From positions 2,516,689 through 2,580,688 of the forward strand of contig JAUPSS010000007.1 in assembly GCA_040285825.1 (NCBI GenBank): 64,000 bases of DNA. The letters are read 5' to 3'. The translations under genes and the position numbers were made by a program. This DNA is from Eukaryota sp. TZLM1-RC (lineage: Eukaryota > Protista > Metamonada: BaSk clade). Under the pieces are notes generated by a model. That model saw nothing but the letters and a program-made list of their open reading frames with translations, had not been told where the DNA came from and made no database searches. This document shows, piece after piece, positions 40,000 through 52,887 of this stretch (the stretch's first letter is position 1; the number at the start of each line of letters is the position of its first letter).

Positions 40000-41200
40000 C
40001 TGCTCTTTTCTCCAACACGTTCTTCCATTCAAAAAATAATAATTTACATAAATAATAATAATAATAATTTTATTGTTCATTTTGACTTCAAAAATGTATT
40101 CAAATCAGTGAAGCGAAAAACAACCTTTGATGTAATTAAATTTGAGTTTTCGGAGCTCTCCAATATTATCTATCACTGTTATTTTAAAGAATCAGACTTA
40201 TTTTTCAATTTATTTGCATTGAAATCAGCTTGTGGGGTGAAACAAGGTGAACTGTTAAACCCTCTGTTGTTGTTTTATCCAATCACAAAATTTTAGTTAT
40301 CATCAAGCAAAAATACCCTTTTCCCAAAATAGTTCCTTATATGGATGATACTTCTTTGATTAGTTCATTTAATTTGCTGAAATTGGTAGCTCCTGAAATT
40401 ACCGTTGCATATGAAAATACTGGACTTCATCTCAATGCCAGCAAATGCCTTCTGATTAGCTCTTCTGCACAAGACCTTGTGATTAATGATTCGGTTGTCC
40501 CCTTTACTAGCAACACTATTGATGCTTTCAAATTTCTTGGTTGCTCGTTGGGAAATGTGCCTCAAATTCTGAATAAATAACAAGGGATTTAAGAAAAAGT
40601 AAAAACCAAACTTGATTCAATTTTTTCTATGGATTTAGGTAAACACATCGAATTTTTCGTGCTCAAATTTATTATTCTGGAAGAATAACACACATTTCAA
40701 GATCTTGGGCCCCTTTCATAGCATTAGATTTTTGTCGATCCTTTTTTTCATTGAGGGCAGAATTCTTTGCTGTTTTATTGGATTATTATTTTGATTCAGC
40801 AGTGTTGAAAAATCAATCGGAGCTTGAAATTTTACCATTCCAAATTTTGACTAAGTGCTCAATCAATTCAAGAAATTCTGGATCGATCTCTTTTTAATTT
40901 GCAGTATTGCTGTACAAAACTTCAGCAAAATATGTCAAAGACCTGTGAAAGCTTCGATTTTGATGTTAGATGTAGCTCTGTTAGAAACAAATACAGCTTA
41001 TGCAAATTTCTTACAGGATAAATGTGATAGTACGTCTGCCACTTGTCACAACCATTCCTCAAGTTTATGACACTCTCTTAACTGATTCTGCCTGGATTTT
41101 GACTATGAGACTGATATTTCTCCTGAATTTCACTATGAAAGATTTGCATCTAGTTGTTTTGTTTTGCGAGAAATGAATTATTTAGATGTTGATTTATAAG
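40000..41200 (+). mobile_element. Degenerate non-LTR RT fragment
   Basis: DFKNVFKSV, GVKQGE.L.PLL, YMDD, FKFLG. Confidence 0.85.
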
Positions 41201-42066
41201 GTGTTTAGCAAAGCAAAATTTAAAAACAAATTCAGAAGTACTGCCATAATTTTCAAAATTCTTTTGATCCTGATTTCTTTTGATTTAAAAGTTTATTTGA
41301 ATTAACGATACAAAAAGAACCTACTTGTTCTCTGTGTGAAGAAGGAAATAGATCGACAATTATTCAAATGCGTCACAAAATTATTCAAAGTTTTACAAAA
41401 GATGAAATTCAAAAAATTGAATACGGAATCATCAACGAAAACTTTCGTGTTAAATTCGGAAAACATGAATCAGTAATCCCGACTTCCGTCCGAGAACTAT
41501 ACTAGACCAACTGCTGATGAATGGAGATCGCCGAGCCCTGCGCCGCAACAAGTTTGATTTCTTTATAAGAAGGCAAAAAAGGATAATGGGATTAATTAAG
41601 TTTGCGATTAATTCTTGCTTGAATCTATTACCAATGTTTTTCACTGATGGAACATATTGGGAATACAGAAGGGAAAATACAATTTAAACCATACAATTGG
41701 CTTCAAGTATTTGTTCAAAAAATGAATCAATTTTCTTATTTTTAATTCTATTTTTATCAGCACCGGAGGTAAGCCATCAATTAGTCTTTTGTGATTAAAT
41801 CGTTTGAAGTTTCATTCAATTATAATTAATTTTTTCTAAAATACACAGTATAAAAATCAAAATCTTCAAAACAAACTTCCACACCATTAAACCGTACAAC
41901 AGCAATGTCTTTGTAATGTGTACTGACAGACATCAGAGCTTTCGAAATCATTTTAGGAATTGCTTTGAAAATAGTAAAAACAATACAGAATGAATAAGCG
42001 TTTTGTGATCAAAAAAACGTCATTATTGGTCGACACTTCCCCAATTTCTAATCCTCACATTACACT

Positions 42067-43665
42067 ATGACGGTTTCAGAGATTATGTATACGCTTAATG
42101 CTGTCAAAATGAACGATCAAGTATGGCGATTGTGTATTTAACCTTGAGAAACTAGATGCGCTTAGAAACTGGGTTCAATCTCCCGTATCACAACGCCTTG
42201 CTGCTCAAGATGTTACAATATTGTTATCTGCGTTCAATTCTGCAAAAGTGAAACTTGAAGCCTTGCAGATGATCGCTAACCTGATTGATAATCTCACAGT
42301 TGATGATGCTACGATTATTATCAAGTCAATGAGCTTTCTGGTATCTCAACGTACTTCAAATTGATCATAGGGTCAGAAATATCCCGCTCTCGAACTTTTA
42401 ATTCCCAAAGTTATGGGAGGTAAGATGGACTTAGAGCCTCTAGTAAATGAGTGCTTCCAGCAGGAACCAGATCGCAACAAGGCTCGTTCAATTATTCTCA
42501 AGGTTCACAATCAAACCGCTGGCCAATATCAGCAAGCACAACAATCAATGCCTGGTCCACAACAGTTTGTTGGCCAGCAGCAAGGTCAATATCAACAAAT
42601 GCCTACCCAGTCACAACCTACGGACTTGACAGACATTCTTTATACCTTAAACGCCACCAACGGGAAGAACAATGTTTGTGATATCTCTCTTACTCATCTA
42701 AGAAAATGGACGCTTTGCGTAATTGGGCTCAATCTCCATCTGCAGGTCGTGTAGGTTCTCAAGATGTCCCTCTTCTTATTGCTAAGTTCGGAATGGATGA
42801 CAGTAAGTTAGAGGGATTCGGATTAATTGAGCACCTCATTGCCAATGATTTGACGGTAGATGATGCTGTTGTTGTTCTGAAAGCTTTTTCCTTCAATGCA
42901 TCACGATTTAAGGTTCTTCGTTCGCTTGTTCCAAAAATTGTTGCTTCAAAACTCGAATTGGAACCTTTAGTAACTGAACTTTTCAAGACAGAACCTGAAC
43001 AAAACAAGGCTCGTAGTATCATTCTGGAAGCACATAATCAACACACTGGCCAATATCATCAAGCACAACAATCAATGCCTGGTTATCAACAGTTTGCCGG
43101 CCAACAGCAAGGTCAATATCATCAACAAGTACCGAATCAAGGTCAGCAAATGCAACAACCAATCCCTGGACAGGGACCTCAAATGCAACAACAAATACCC
43201 AATCAAGGTCAGCAAATGCAACAACCAATCCCTGGACAGGGACCTCAAATGCAACAACAACATGCTATGTTCTCTCCAATGCATCAACAACAAATACCCA
43301 ATCAAGGTCAGCAAATGCAACAACCAATCCCTGGACAGGGACCTCCAATGCATCAACAACAAATACCCAATCAAGGTCAGCAAATGCAACAACCAATCCC
43401 TGGACAGGGACCTCCAATGCATCAACAACAAATACCCAATCAAGGTCAGCAAATGCAACAACCAATCCCTGGACAGGGACCTCCAATGCATCAACAACAA
43501 ATACCCAATCAAGGTCAGCAAATGCAACAACCAATCCCTGGACAGGGACCTCAAATGCATCAACAACATGCTATGTTTTCTCCGATGCAACCAACACATG
43601 GCCAATACCCTGACCAAACCCAGCCTAAGAAGGAGAAGAAGGGGTTTTTCCGAAGAAATAAGTAG
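42067..43665 (+). CDS. Protein with two DUF4476-like domains and a Q/P-rich repeat tail: join(42067..42120, 42149..42340, 42371..42673, 42703..43665)
   Basis: Three phase-0 GT-AG introns (28, 30 and 29 nt) give one frame in which the two domains align closely (KLDALRNWVQSP / KMDALRNWAQSP). The domain name is inferred from the KLEAL..L.VDDA..I.K.FSF pattern. Confidence 0.8.
43120..43590 (+). repeat. Coding minisatellite, ~69-bp unit (QQQIPNQGQQMQQPIPGQGPPMH), about 6 copies
   Basis: Read directly from the sequence. Confidence 0.92.
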
Positions 43666-46399
43666 AATTATATTTTTGTAAGTGTATTGTAAATATATTC
43701 TATTCCTTAGTTCTATTGAGGCTGAATCAACATCATGAGAGCTTTATCAACAACTGGTTTGCTGACAATTCAAAACGTATAATGTGTCCTATATTGTCTT
43801 ATTATTGAATTTTCAAGTTGATTAGAAAATTTAGAAACTCTGGTTTCGCAACAATTTCAATACAATTGAAAAATTCGCAAGATCTGACAAATTTTCACTA
43901 GTAATACATTGTCGTTAAACTCCAGTATTGTCCAATAGTTTCTAGATGATCGAAGCATGAAACATATAAAATACGTTTTACCAATAAACAACAACTTTTC
44001 TTTTCAACAATCAACTTGAAAAATTGAGCTTTTAACACTTTTAAGTCACCGCCAATAAAGTCAATATTATTCTACTCCATCTGACATCCGTAAACGACAT
44101 TCTCTGGCTGAAAGGAACTCATGCGAGCGTTTGAGAGCTTGAAATGATAATTCTGTACAACTGGTCTTCATTCTACACTTTGGAATGAGTAAACTTTTCA
44201 TCAATAAGATGCAGCTATCAGTAACTATTCATCTTGTTGAATCTTCAAAGGATATGATTCAACCAAATAATCTAAACTTGATGATAACAATTCAAGACTC
44301 TGATAATTCGTCTGTTTAATGTGTGTCTTTTATCTAAATATTGTTTACTCAGTAATGTTAATTCTCAAATCAAGCATTCCCAAATTTGAATGTTGATTTA
44401 TCTGTATTTCTTGAAATTGATGAGATCGTGTCTTAACTCAGTGACAACCGACGGAAACTTTACTCAATGATTTGTGCGATGAAATGAATCACAGAAAACG
44501 TCATAATTAGTCTGGAAACAAAGGAAGTTTTTTTAAAATAGTACTAATGAAGTAAAAAAGTTAACAAGTATATTAAAAACTGAATCATGTCTCAACTTAG
44601 ATCTATAGTATGTTTCAGGAATTTAAAAACATGGACAACTGCATAAAATGCGAAAAAGTAGAGCTGCCACAGACTAACATTGTGAACACACAGGTAACAA
44701 TAGTTTAGATCCATCTGTCAATTTCCCAAAATTATCCATCAATAAAGGTTATCAGCAGTAGGTAATGCACTCAAGGAAAAATTATTACAGTTGATGATTC
44801 TAGCAAGGTGGATCAATCAACACGGACAACCAATGATGATCAGCGTTCATATTTTCCGAGTTTAATGGGGCATTGTTTATTCAAGATTGTACATTGCACT
44901 CCATGAATGTATGGATTCTTCTTTGAATTTCTTCAATTTCAATTTGGAAATAATTGCTTTGAGACTTGGAGTATTTGTCAATTTATTTGTTTCTTCAACC
45001 GATAAAGAATACTATTCCTATTTTTAAAAGGACTAAAGTTATGTTTCCAAATAGGTCTTGTGTGGTTTATTATTTCTAATAAACTTCCCAAGTTAGGAAC
45101 GAAAGAATTTTACAAAACATGGTATTGTTGTATATGACACAGTGCACATTCTTGATCTCAGAGCACGAGAAACGTCAAATCATTACATGTCGATAATGAA
45201 TGATAAATGGCTAATGGATAATGGATAATGAGAAAATGAAAGCGAAAGGCTTGTGACGAAGGTAATCTAACAGATCATGTCGCTCAATAAACAACTCAGC
45301 ATAAGGTGAAAACTGTGCACCACACTATTCTAGCTAGCGGATAGTCATGTGGATTAGCAATCAAAGATGAGGAACAACCCAAGAAAAAAATGTCATGTTT
45401 GAGGAAAAATGTCTTTTGGGCGAAATGGGAACCATTGTGGAGATAAAATGACAACAACAATTTGTGAGTCACGTTCTTAATGTTGGTTCAAAATGTTGAT
45501 GCTGATAACGCAAATAGTGCCTCATATTTCTCAACCTTTTGTGAATTGTGAATTCGTATTGTTTAGACATCAGAGATATAAATATTATCAATCTTAGTTC
45601 AACGTTGTACAAATAGCAGAAGTAGAAACTTTCTGTGACCAGTGGAGCGATTCATAAACAGAATTCAGTTCATTGTAACTATGTTTAAATTGCCTGAAAT
45701 AATCCTTGATTAATAGTTGAGGAAGAGATTTTAAATCTGGAGATTCTGGAAAATGAGCACATTCATAAGGCTACTGAAACACAAGGCAAGTTTGAAACAG
45801 AGAGGGAAAGAGGAAGGGAGAAATGTTGAGAAAGCTGAATGGGAAGAGGACAAGAGGTAAAGAAAGGAGAAGGAAACTGCAAAAAAATAGAGTTTAGACG
45901 GAGTGACAACGACCAGAACAGCTAGAGGGTAAATCGAACTGATGTTGATGACCACTAATAGAGATACTGTGGATAGGCATTTGATACCATTGTGGAAATA
46001 ACCAATCAATTTGAAATTCCAATCAGCATGCCAGAAATCGTGTCAGACAGCGAGATTATCCTTACTCTTCCCATTCTTCTAACATTATGCAGCGAAACGA
46101 GAAAAAGGATAACGAGTTTACGGACCCGGTTCCCTCCTCCATCAACCTGTTCTTCACAGAACAGCAGAGTACTTACTCCCGAATTCCTCAGCCGGGAACA
46201 GTCACCCTGCTTCACAGGAATAAACGGAAGGTCAGAGTTTCGATTTTCTATCGGATTCGTCGTTCTGATCCTTCCGTAAGGGTAGAGTATTGCACTTTTT
46301 TCAGTCATCATGTGAGTCATGATATTGTTGCTGAATCAGCCATGGTGCTAATCATTTTAGATGCGGGATGTTTCTTTTGTTTGTGTTTTGTTTTGAATT

Positions 46400-47581
46400 G
46401 TTATCATGACGTTTTTGACGCTGAAAATGACCAATACACTAGCCCAAATCACGAAGTTCAAACCGCCTGAGCAATTTGACTTTTGGTCTATTATTCTCGA
46501 TTTAAACCAACCAATGTTCAAACAGAAGAGCTGAAAATTCAACAACATTATCCACACAGATGAATTTAATATTGCAGTAGAATTTGTTCATCAGGATTTA
46601 CAAGGTCAGAAATGTAAGCCAGACAACAAGGCCAGTATTTCTGATTTAAATATTGATGATGTCGATGTTGATGCTTTTCAAGACAAACGAATTGTTGTTT
46701 GTGATCCTGAAAAACGTGATTTATTGTATTTTGGGAGTAAAAAAACGGATCAAGAATTAGCCATGGTGCCTGAACATGAAACTGAACAGCAAAGAAATAG
46801 TCCGGTGATGAATCAAGACAAGAAGTACAATTGGTTGAGAATGACTCAGATGTCCTGGTCTTTGAAAAGTAGAATGAATGAAAAACAGAAACGATGGGCG
46901 ACAAAATATAGTGAGGTAGATTACGACAGGAACCAAATGATAGAGTCTAACGAAATGACAATTGAAAATGCAAATACCGAATTGTCCGCGTTTGCTGCTA
47001 ATTCAGCAACTTTAATAGACTTTTCCAACTTTGTGGTTGCCAAACTTCGGCAAGTTTTTTTGACAATTGACTTTTACAGTCTTGACTTGTGGAACATTCA
47101 TAAAATGCAAGCTTTTATTCACAAGCAAAAGACTGAAAGTTGGTTGTTAAAAAGCCTTGTTCAGCAGTTTGGCAATCGAAAAGACACTTTAATACTGATG
47201 AATGATTATGGTAAAAAAGGTACCAAGAATTTTAAACATCAGAGACCTACCAGAAAAATTGGATGAATTCAATTTCTGAAAAGAAATGGATTTGAAGTAT
47301 TGATGATTAATGAAGCGTTCACTTCAGCAAAATGTCCTGTTTGTTTTGAAAAGGTTGCTACGTTTTTGACAATAACAAATTCCAGATTCTATAGAAAAGA
47401 AAAGACTCCAGTTACTACATGTCACGGTTTATTAGCTTGTAATAGTGAGATTTGCAAATTCAGCAACAAAGGCTCAACAAAGATTTTCAATAGAAATAAG
47501 CTGGCTTGTCTGAATATGGTTGCAATTGCTGAAGCCAGAATGAGTGGTAATGAAAGGCCTCAGTATCTGTGTACTAGATAG
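46400..47581 (+). pseudogene. Fanzor (eukaryotic TnpB-like RuvC nuclease, Fanzor1-like) pseudogene; 5' part may extend to ~45750
   Basis: One frame reads FW..LDL..MFK.K.*KF..IIHTDE, VVCDPEKRDLLY (RuvC-I), PT..G*..FLKRNGFEV..INEAFTS.KCPVC (RuvC-II), HGLL.C...C, FNRNKLACLNM (RuvC-III) and RPQYLCTR. It has in-frame TGA stops. Confidence 0.85.
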
Positions 47582-47704
47582 TTTTTGTAATTATTCCACA
47601 CGAAAATAGATCGTGTACTTATGGGAATTTCCCATTGCCATTGCCATTGTAGAGTTGTATCACAACATTATAACACTGCGTTTATAAGGGGAACTTTTTT
47701 ATCG

Positions 47705-48466
47705 ATGATCTCTCTGCAACAGTATCACAACTCTTTGTCCAGCTCACAATTTCGGATCACATCAGGTTGTCTAAAGCTTGATGAACTGCTTCTTGGAGGG
47801 TTTCCATCTGGTCTCATAACAGAGTTGTTTGGAGCTAGTAGCACAGGTAAGTCACAGTTTCTACACACTCTTTGTGTAACCTGTCAATTACGACGTTCCA
47901 AAGGTGGGGGTGCTGGAAAGTGTATATTTATTGATACAGAAGGAACGTTTAGACCAGAGAGACTAATACCAATATGCGAAAGATTCAATGTATCATCCGA
48001 CATTGTGTTAGACAATATCGTTTATGCACGTGCTTACAACATTGACCATCAGCTTTCTCTCCTAGAAAGCACTATTTCGTTATTAAAAGACGATACTATA
48101 TCGCTGCTTGTTATAGATTCCATCTCTGCTCTTTATAGGAGCTGTCTAGCAGATGGAACCAATATTGTAGAAAGACAACGACATTTGGGACTGTTATTAA
48201 AACGTCTTACTGAGATCGCCACTCAGTCCAACATTGCCGTTGTTTATTCTAACCAAATTTTGTCTAGCATCACGACTTCTAGTATTGAAGATACAGAAAG
48301 AGTAGTTCATTTTGGAGGACATGTACTAGCTCATGCAAGCAATCTCAGGCTTTTTCTATCCCGTTCTAGTTCTGGACAGCGACAAGTTAGTGTATTTCAA
48401 GCATCGTTTTGCCCAGAAACAACTGTACCTTTTCAGTTAAATGAAGCAGGAATTATGGACACATAA
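47705..48466 (+). CDS. Rad51/Dmc1-family recombinase core lacking the N-terminal domain
   Basis: ITSGC..LD.LL.GG, GASSTGKSQ, IDTEGTFRPERL, LLVIDS, GGHVLAHAS. Confidence 0.88.
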   Translation: MISLQQYHNSLSSSQFRITSGCLKLDELLLGGFPSGLITELFGASSTGKSQFLHTLCVTCQLRRSKGGGAGKCIFIDTEGTFRPERLIPICERFNVSSDIVLDNIVYARAYNIDHQLSLLESTISLLKDDTISLLVIDSISALYRSCLADGTNIVERQRHLGLLLKRLTEIATQSNIAVVYSNQILSSITTSSIEDTERVVHFGGHVLAHASNLRLFLSRSSSGQRQVSVFQASFCPETTVPFQLNEAGIMDT

Positions 48467-48655
48467 TTATCAATTAAATTTAAGGTTCAATCTTTTTTTA
48501 TTTAATCTAAAAATTTTCTATTTTTGATAAATGAGGGAAATCTGAAAACATAGAAACTTATGTAACAAGATAAACTAACAAATGTACTCCAGCTAATGAA
48601 CCATTGTTATGAAAGCACATAGTGGTGGCCTGGACAAATTATGGATAAGTTCAAC

Positions 48656-48895
48656 TTAGTGATTTGGACACGAGGGCTGATCTTTTCCTTTGAATTCCCA
48701 TGCAGGTTGATAAACACAGCAACACTTAGATGTCTTAGACTTACCCTCAGGCTTAGCGGCAGCAACGGGATCTAACTTGACTCTTAGTTTAGACCGTGAT
48801 GACTTGAGTTTCAAAGTACCAACTATGGTGGATGATGAGGAATGTGGTGGAGTTGATGGAGTAGATGTACTATTGTGCGTGTGCTGTGAAGACAT
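48656..48895 (-). CDS. Protein phosphatase 1 inhibitor-3 (PPP1R11/Ypi1)-like
   Basis: Small protein with TLKL..RV...GK.KTSKCCCVY. Confidence 0.75.
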   Translation of the reverse strand: MSSQHTHNSTSTPSTPPHSSSSTIVGTLKLKSSRSKLRVKLDPVAAAKPEGKSKTSKCCCVYQPAWEFKGKDQPSCPNH

Positions 48896-49454
48896 ATGTT
48901 AATTGCACAAAATAATCCAAGTCTATTTAAGGTGACGTAGAGGAAATGAATCAGATTTTGGATAAACAAGAACTTTCGTTTGTCACCGGAGTTGGGTTAC
49001 TTTTGTACAACTCTAAATTATACTTTTGTATACATATAGGATAGCAATTACTGCATACTCCCCATACATCTGAGGTAGGGTACGTTGAAGCATAGCTGAC
49101 ATCATACGACAACCAGGGACGCCATTAAGTGCTCTCAAAGGCTTTGGTCTATCCATCAAAAGGACATCGATCGATCTCTAACACAGATAAGAGATTTCTC
49201 TAAGATTTTAATTCATTTAAGGCATTGTGTTAAGAAGCTTCAAATAACTTTCAGTAATTTTTGAAGACTTGGACTTTGAACCAGGTCTTGACATGACCAA
49301 AAAAATTTGCTGGATGTTTGTGATAGTTATGGCTGTCTTTTGTTAGCAAGTACAACATACAATTTTCATAAACTTGGTCACTTGATGTCTCATGAAGCTA
49401 AAATTAATGGAATTTTCAAACCATAATTTATGGCCCCAGCATCATCACCCAAGC

Positions 49455-49534
49455 GGCAACGTGGCCGAGTGGTCTAAGGCGCTGTCTTAAGGCGGCAGTG
49501 GGAAACCGCGTGGGTTCGAGTCCCACCGTTGTCA
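49455..49534 (+). tRNA. tRNA-Leu(AAG)
   Basis: Acceptor GGCAACG/CGTTGTC, anticodon stem CTGTC/GGCAG with loop TT-AAG-GC, variable arm, GGTTCGAGTCC, followed by TTTTT. Confidence 0.96.
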
Positions 49535-49749
49535 ATTTTTCCCATTTTCCTTGATTCAAGGAATTTTTTGATCTTTACTTTGGTGTAAAGATCAGGTTAA
49601 GTTTTTTTGTCATGAATCATGTGTTCAATAAACTCCATTACATAAGCCTTCATTTTCAAATAGATTAAATAAATTTCGCGTATTTAGCAATTTTGTATTT
49701 TTTTTAAAAACATTTAATTTATTTTTAAAACTGAAATAATTATTGAGAT

Positions 49750-52700
49750 AAAAAACCCATCTAGAATTCAATATCCTCCAAACAAGCGTCACTATTACTA
49801 AACCTACTCACAGCATTACGTTCATATTCTACACCAATAGCTAAAAGTGCCTTTGAAATCATTGTTGGAATAGACTTGACAATGCAGAAAACAATTCCAT
49901 TTAACCAGAAAGTGGAGTTCATTGTTTTACCAGACCTATTCAGTAACACTCAATTAATTGATCAAAAAAAGTTTGTTTTATTGAAATATTTCAATAATTT
50001 ATTCCAACGAAATACTAGACAACATTATTAATATTTGAAATCTTCATACCCCAAATCGGCCAGACAGATTTGAATGTGAGTTTTTCCTTTATAAAAACGA
50101 CCAAAAGATAATAAAGCAGAAGATGATAAGGGGACATCACCTTTAAAAATTCAAAATGCATTTTGTTGGAAATTCTTCCTGTACGTTGTTTCGCAATTTC
50201 ATCAAAATTATCCAAGAACGCTAAAGCAAGTGGTCCAAGCGAGCCATGAAGAGAGAATGCAAATGGACAAAGGGAATAATGAGTATGAAGAGCAACTTTG
50301 CTGTTTTTATCAATTGTGGTTTTTCCGGCTAAGGTCCCTATATTTTGACTAAGCCAAATATAAATAAATTTTTACACACATCAGTTGATCTCACATCAGT
50401 GATGATGATCGTCCCTTCAACACAATAAAGCATTAAACCACCTCTGCTTCGTCCAAAACAGTTAAAACTATCTTCATCAACCAAAACGAGAGAGTAATGG
50501 TTCTAAATAGAAAACAATTCTCTGTGACAAAATGCTCTTGTTTGCCCCTTGGAATCAGGAGTAAATGTTTTCCCGACAATGTTCAGAAAATACCTTCAAG
50601 AACGCTCGTTGATTTGAGGTATTGTGTTAACAAATTGCAAAGAAAAACTAACAATGATTTTTGAAGGCTTGGATTTCAATGTTCGTCTAGGCTCGACCAA
50701 AAAAGATATTCCCATTTTCCCAAATTTTGTGTAAGATGCCTAAAACAGTTCCTCTTTGTGTGTCATTACTCAAATTCCTCAAATTCATAATCTTCTGTTA
50801 GATGATTCCGAATTTTCTTGTACAGTGCGCCTTCTTTGTTGTATTTGGCCTGACAACGTGCCTCATAAATTTTATTTGTTAATAAGGATCAAAAATTACT
50901 CCAAATCATCTATTCCATTGTAAACATTTTATTACGTTTCGATCAAAAGTTCATGATACAGTAGGAAATCAACTCTATTGTATGTCAAAATCACATAGAA
51001 TCGTTTGGTTGATGAAGATACTTTGAATTCTTTTGGTCGAAATAGAGGTGATTTAATGCTTGAAGGTCTTGAAGGTACTACCATTATTACAGATGTGAGA
51101 TCCACTGATGTCTGTAATGATTCCATTTGCAGTTTCCCTTCATAGCTCTTTTGGACCTCTTGCTTTATCTTTCTTGGATGATTTTGTTGAAACTGTGAAA
51201 CAACGTACAGGAAGAGTTTTTGGCAAAACAGAATTTTAATTTCAATTTTCAAAGGTGTTGTTCCCTTATTATCTTCAGCTTTGTTATCTGTTGCACGCTT
51301 TTATGAAGGAAAAACTTCCAGTCAATTCTTCTTGGCTGATATGGGTTATGAAGATATAGAATTTTAAATTTATCGTATAGCTTTTTATTCAAATAAATAA
51401 ACGATTAAGAAAAAAAATCTCTGTGACAATGACATACAATCACAGATAAGTCCGCTTTCTTCCGACCCTTTTTCAGTTACCTTTCGGAAAATTACCATAA
51501 ATTTTAAGAAAAGAATATGGGATGTAACACCGCTATGGAAATTTATCCTGCTCAAAGATTAAAAATTAATGTCATTAAAGTCAAAATTTTGGCCTGCTGT
51601 CATGAAAAAGGAAAAAATTGTTCGTAAGTTTTAAAAGAAAGTTATGATTCCGCTAAGCAATGTTTGTTTTCATCAGAACTTGAGCAGAATCCCCTAACCA
51701 ATGATGAAATATCTAAATTAATTGAAAATTTACCCTCTGGAAAGGCGCCTGGACCTTCAATGATGACCTTTGATATGTCAAAATCAACAATAAATCAACG
51801 TCCAGAATACATTGATGATTTTGTCTCCTTTTTCAATACAATTTTAACATTTCAAATGATGCTTCCATCTGAAATGACAAGTTCGCGGTTAATTGCTTTA
51901 AAAAATGAACGAAACTAAAATAAGACCAATTGCAAATGGAGAATCACTGTCTCGTATTCTTGCTTCTGCTGTTTTCGGTAGGATTAGTGAAAAAGCTGAG
52001 GTTTTTTAGTCGTTTTCAATTTGATATTAAAATAGTTGATGAAACATCTGCGGCCCTGTTTTCTGACGATTTCTTGCATTCAAATGATTCAAATTATATT
52101 TTTAATTTAGATTTAAAAATCGGCTGTACTGCTGTTAAGAGGTCATCAATGTTGCCCTTGCTGCAAACTCATTTCCCAAATGCTGAATCTCTTTTTTTAC
52201 ATTTTCTACGGTTCTCAATCAACACTTGCATATGAGGACTTTACTCAGGAATTATTATTCAGGAAAATTTACCCATATCCTGCCTTCAACCACACCATCA
52301 ATTTCTCTTGAAATTTGCAGAATTTTTAATGAATAAAGAATTAAATTTTCGGCTAATTTGCTCGAAATTGATTCTTCTTTTTTACGTAATCATTTTTTTG
52401 TAGCACAGAAATAGGAGGCCTAGATTTTCACAAATCTAAATATTTGTGTAAAGCCGCTTTCATTGGTGGAGGCAAAAATTTCATTATTGAATTTTTGAAT
52501 CGTTTTCCTGAAAACCAACATTTAATTGAATGTTGTGTTAGTGATTATTTGGTTTTTCTGTTGATATTCAAGAAATTCCACCCAGGAGTTTGATTTTCTT
52601 GAAATTTGCATACGCTAAATTGCAGAAAAAGATATTAAAAGTTTTTGAAAACTTGGATTTCACTGTTCTTCTTAGCTTGGCTAGAGAAAAGAATCCCGTT

Positions 52701-52887
52701 GTTGCAAACTTTTTAATTGATCTTAAGGAATAGCACAAATTGTCTCATTTCCCAGATTCAAAATGTATATGGTTTATTGTTAAATGATCATCAATGGACA
52801 ACTGCCTTCAGAATGAGGTGTTTTCTGTGGCCATGTAGTGTGTCAAATGATTTGATTTGACATTGTAGTCAGCTTATCAATTTGAAT
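49750..52887. mobile_element. Cluster of degenerate CRE-like non-LTR fragments on both strands
   Basis: GKAPGPS, SRLIAL, RPIA.GE, GGL.F, knuckle and RGDL..D remnants. Confidence 0.8.

Noticed and set aside
41505-41560. Hammerhead ribozyme at CTGATGA
   Set aside because: No stem II/GAAA or cleavage-site stems were found.
43120-43590. CRISPR-like array, and the overlapping ORFs in several frames
   Set aside because: There are no unique spacers; it is a coding Q-rich minisatellite and the other ORFs are shadows of it.
46530-47266. TGA = Trp recoding making Fanzor intact
   Set aside because: TGG is used in the same frame, conserved motif residues are also altered, and the upstream part appears frameshifted.
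49268-49290. tRNA-Gln-like anticodon arm
   Set aside because: No D arm, T arm or acceptor stem.
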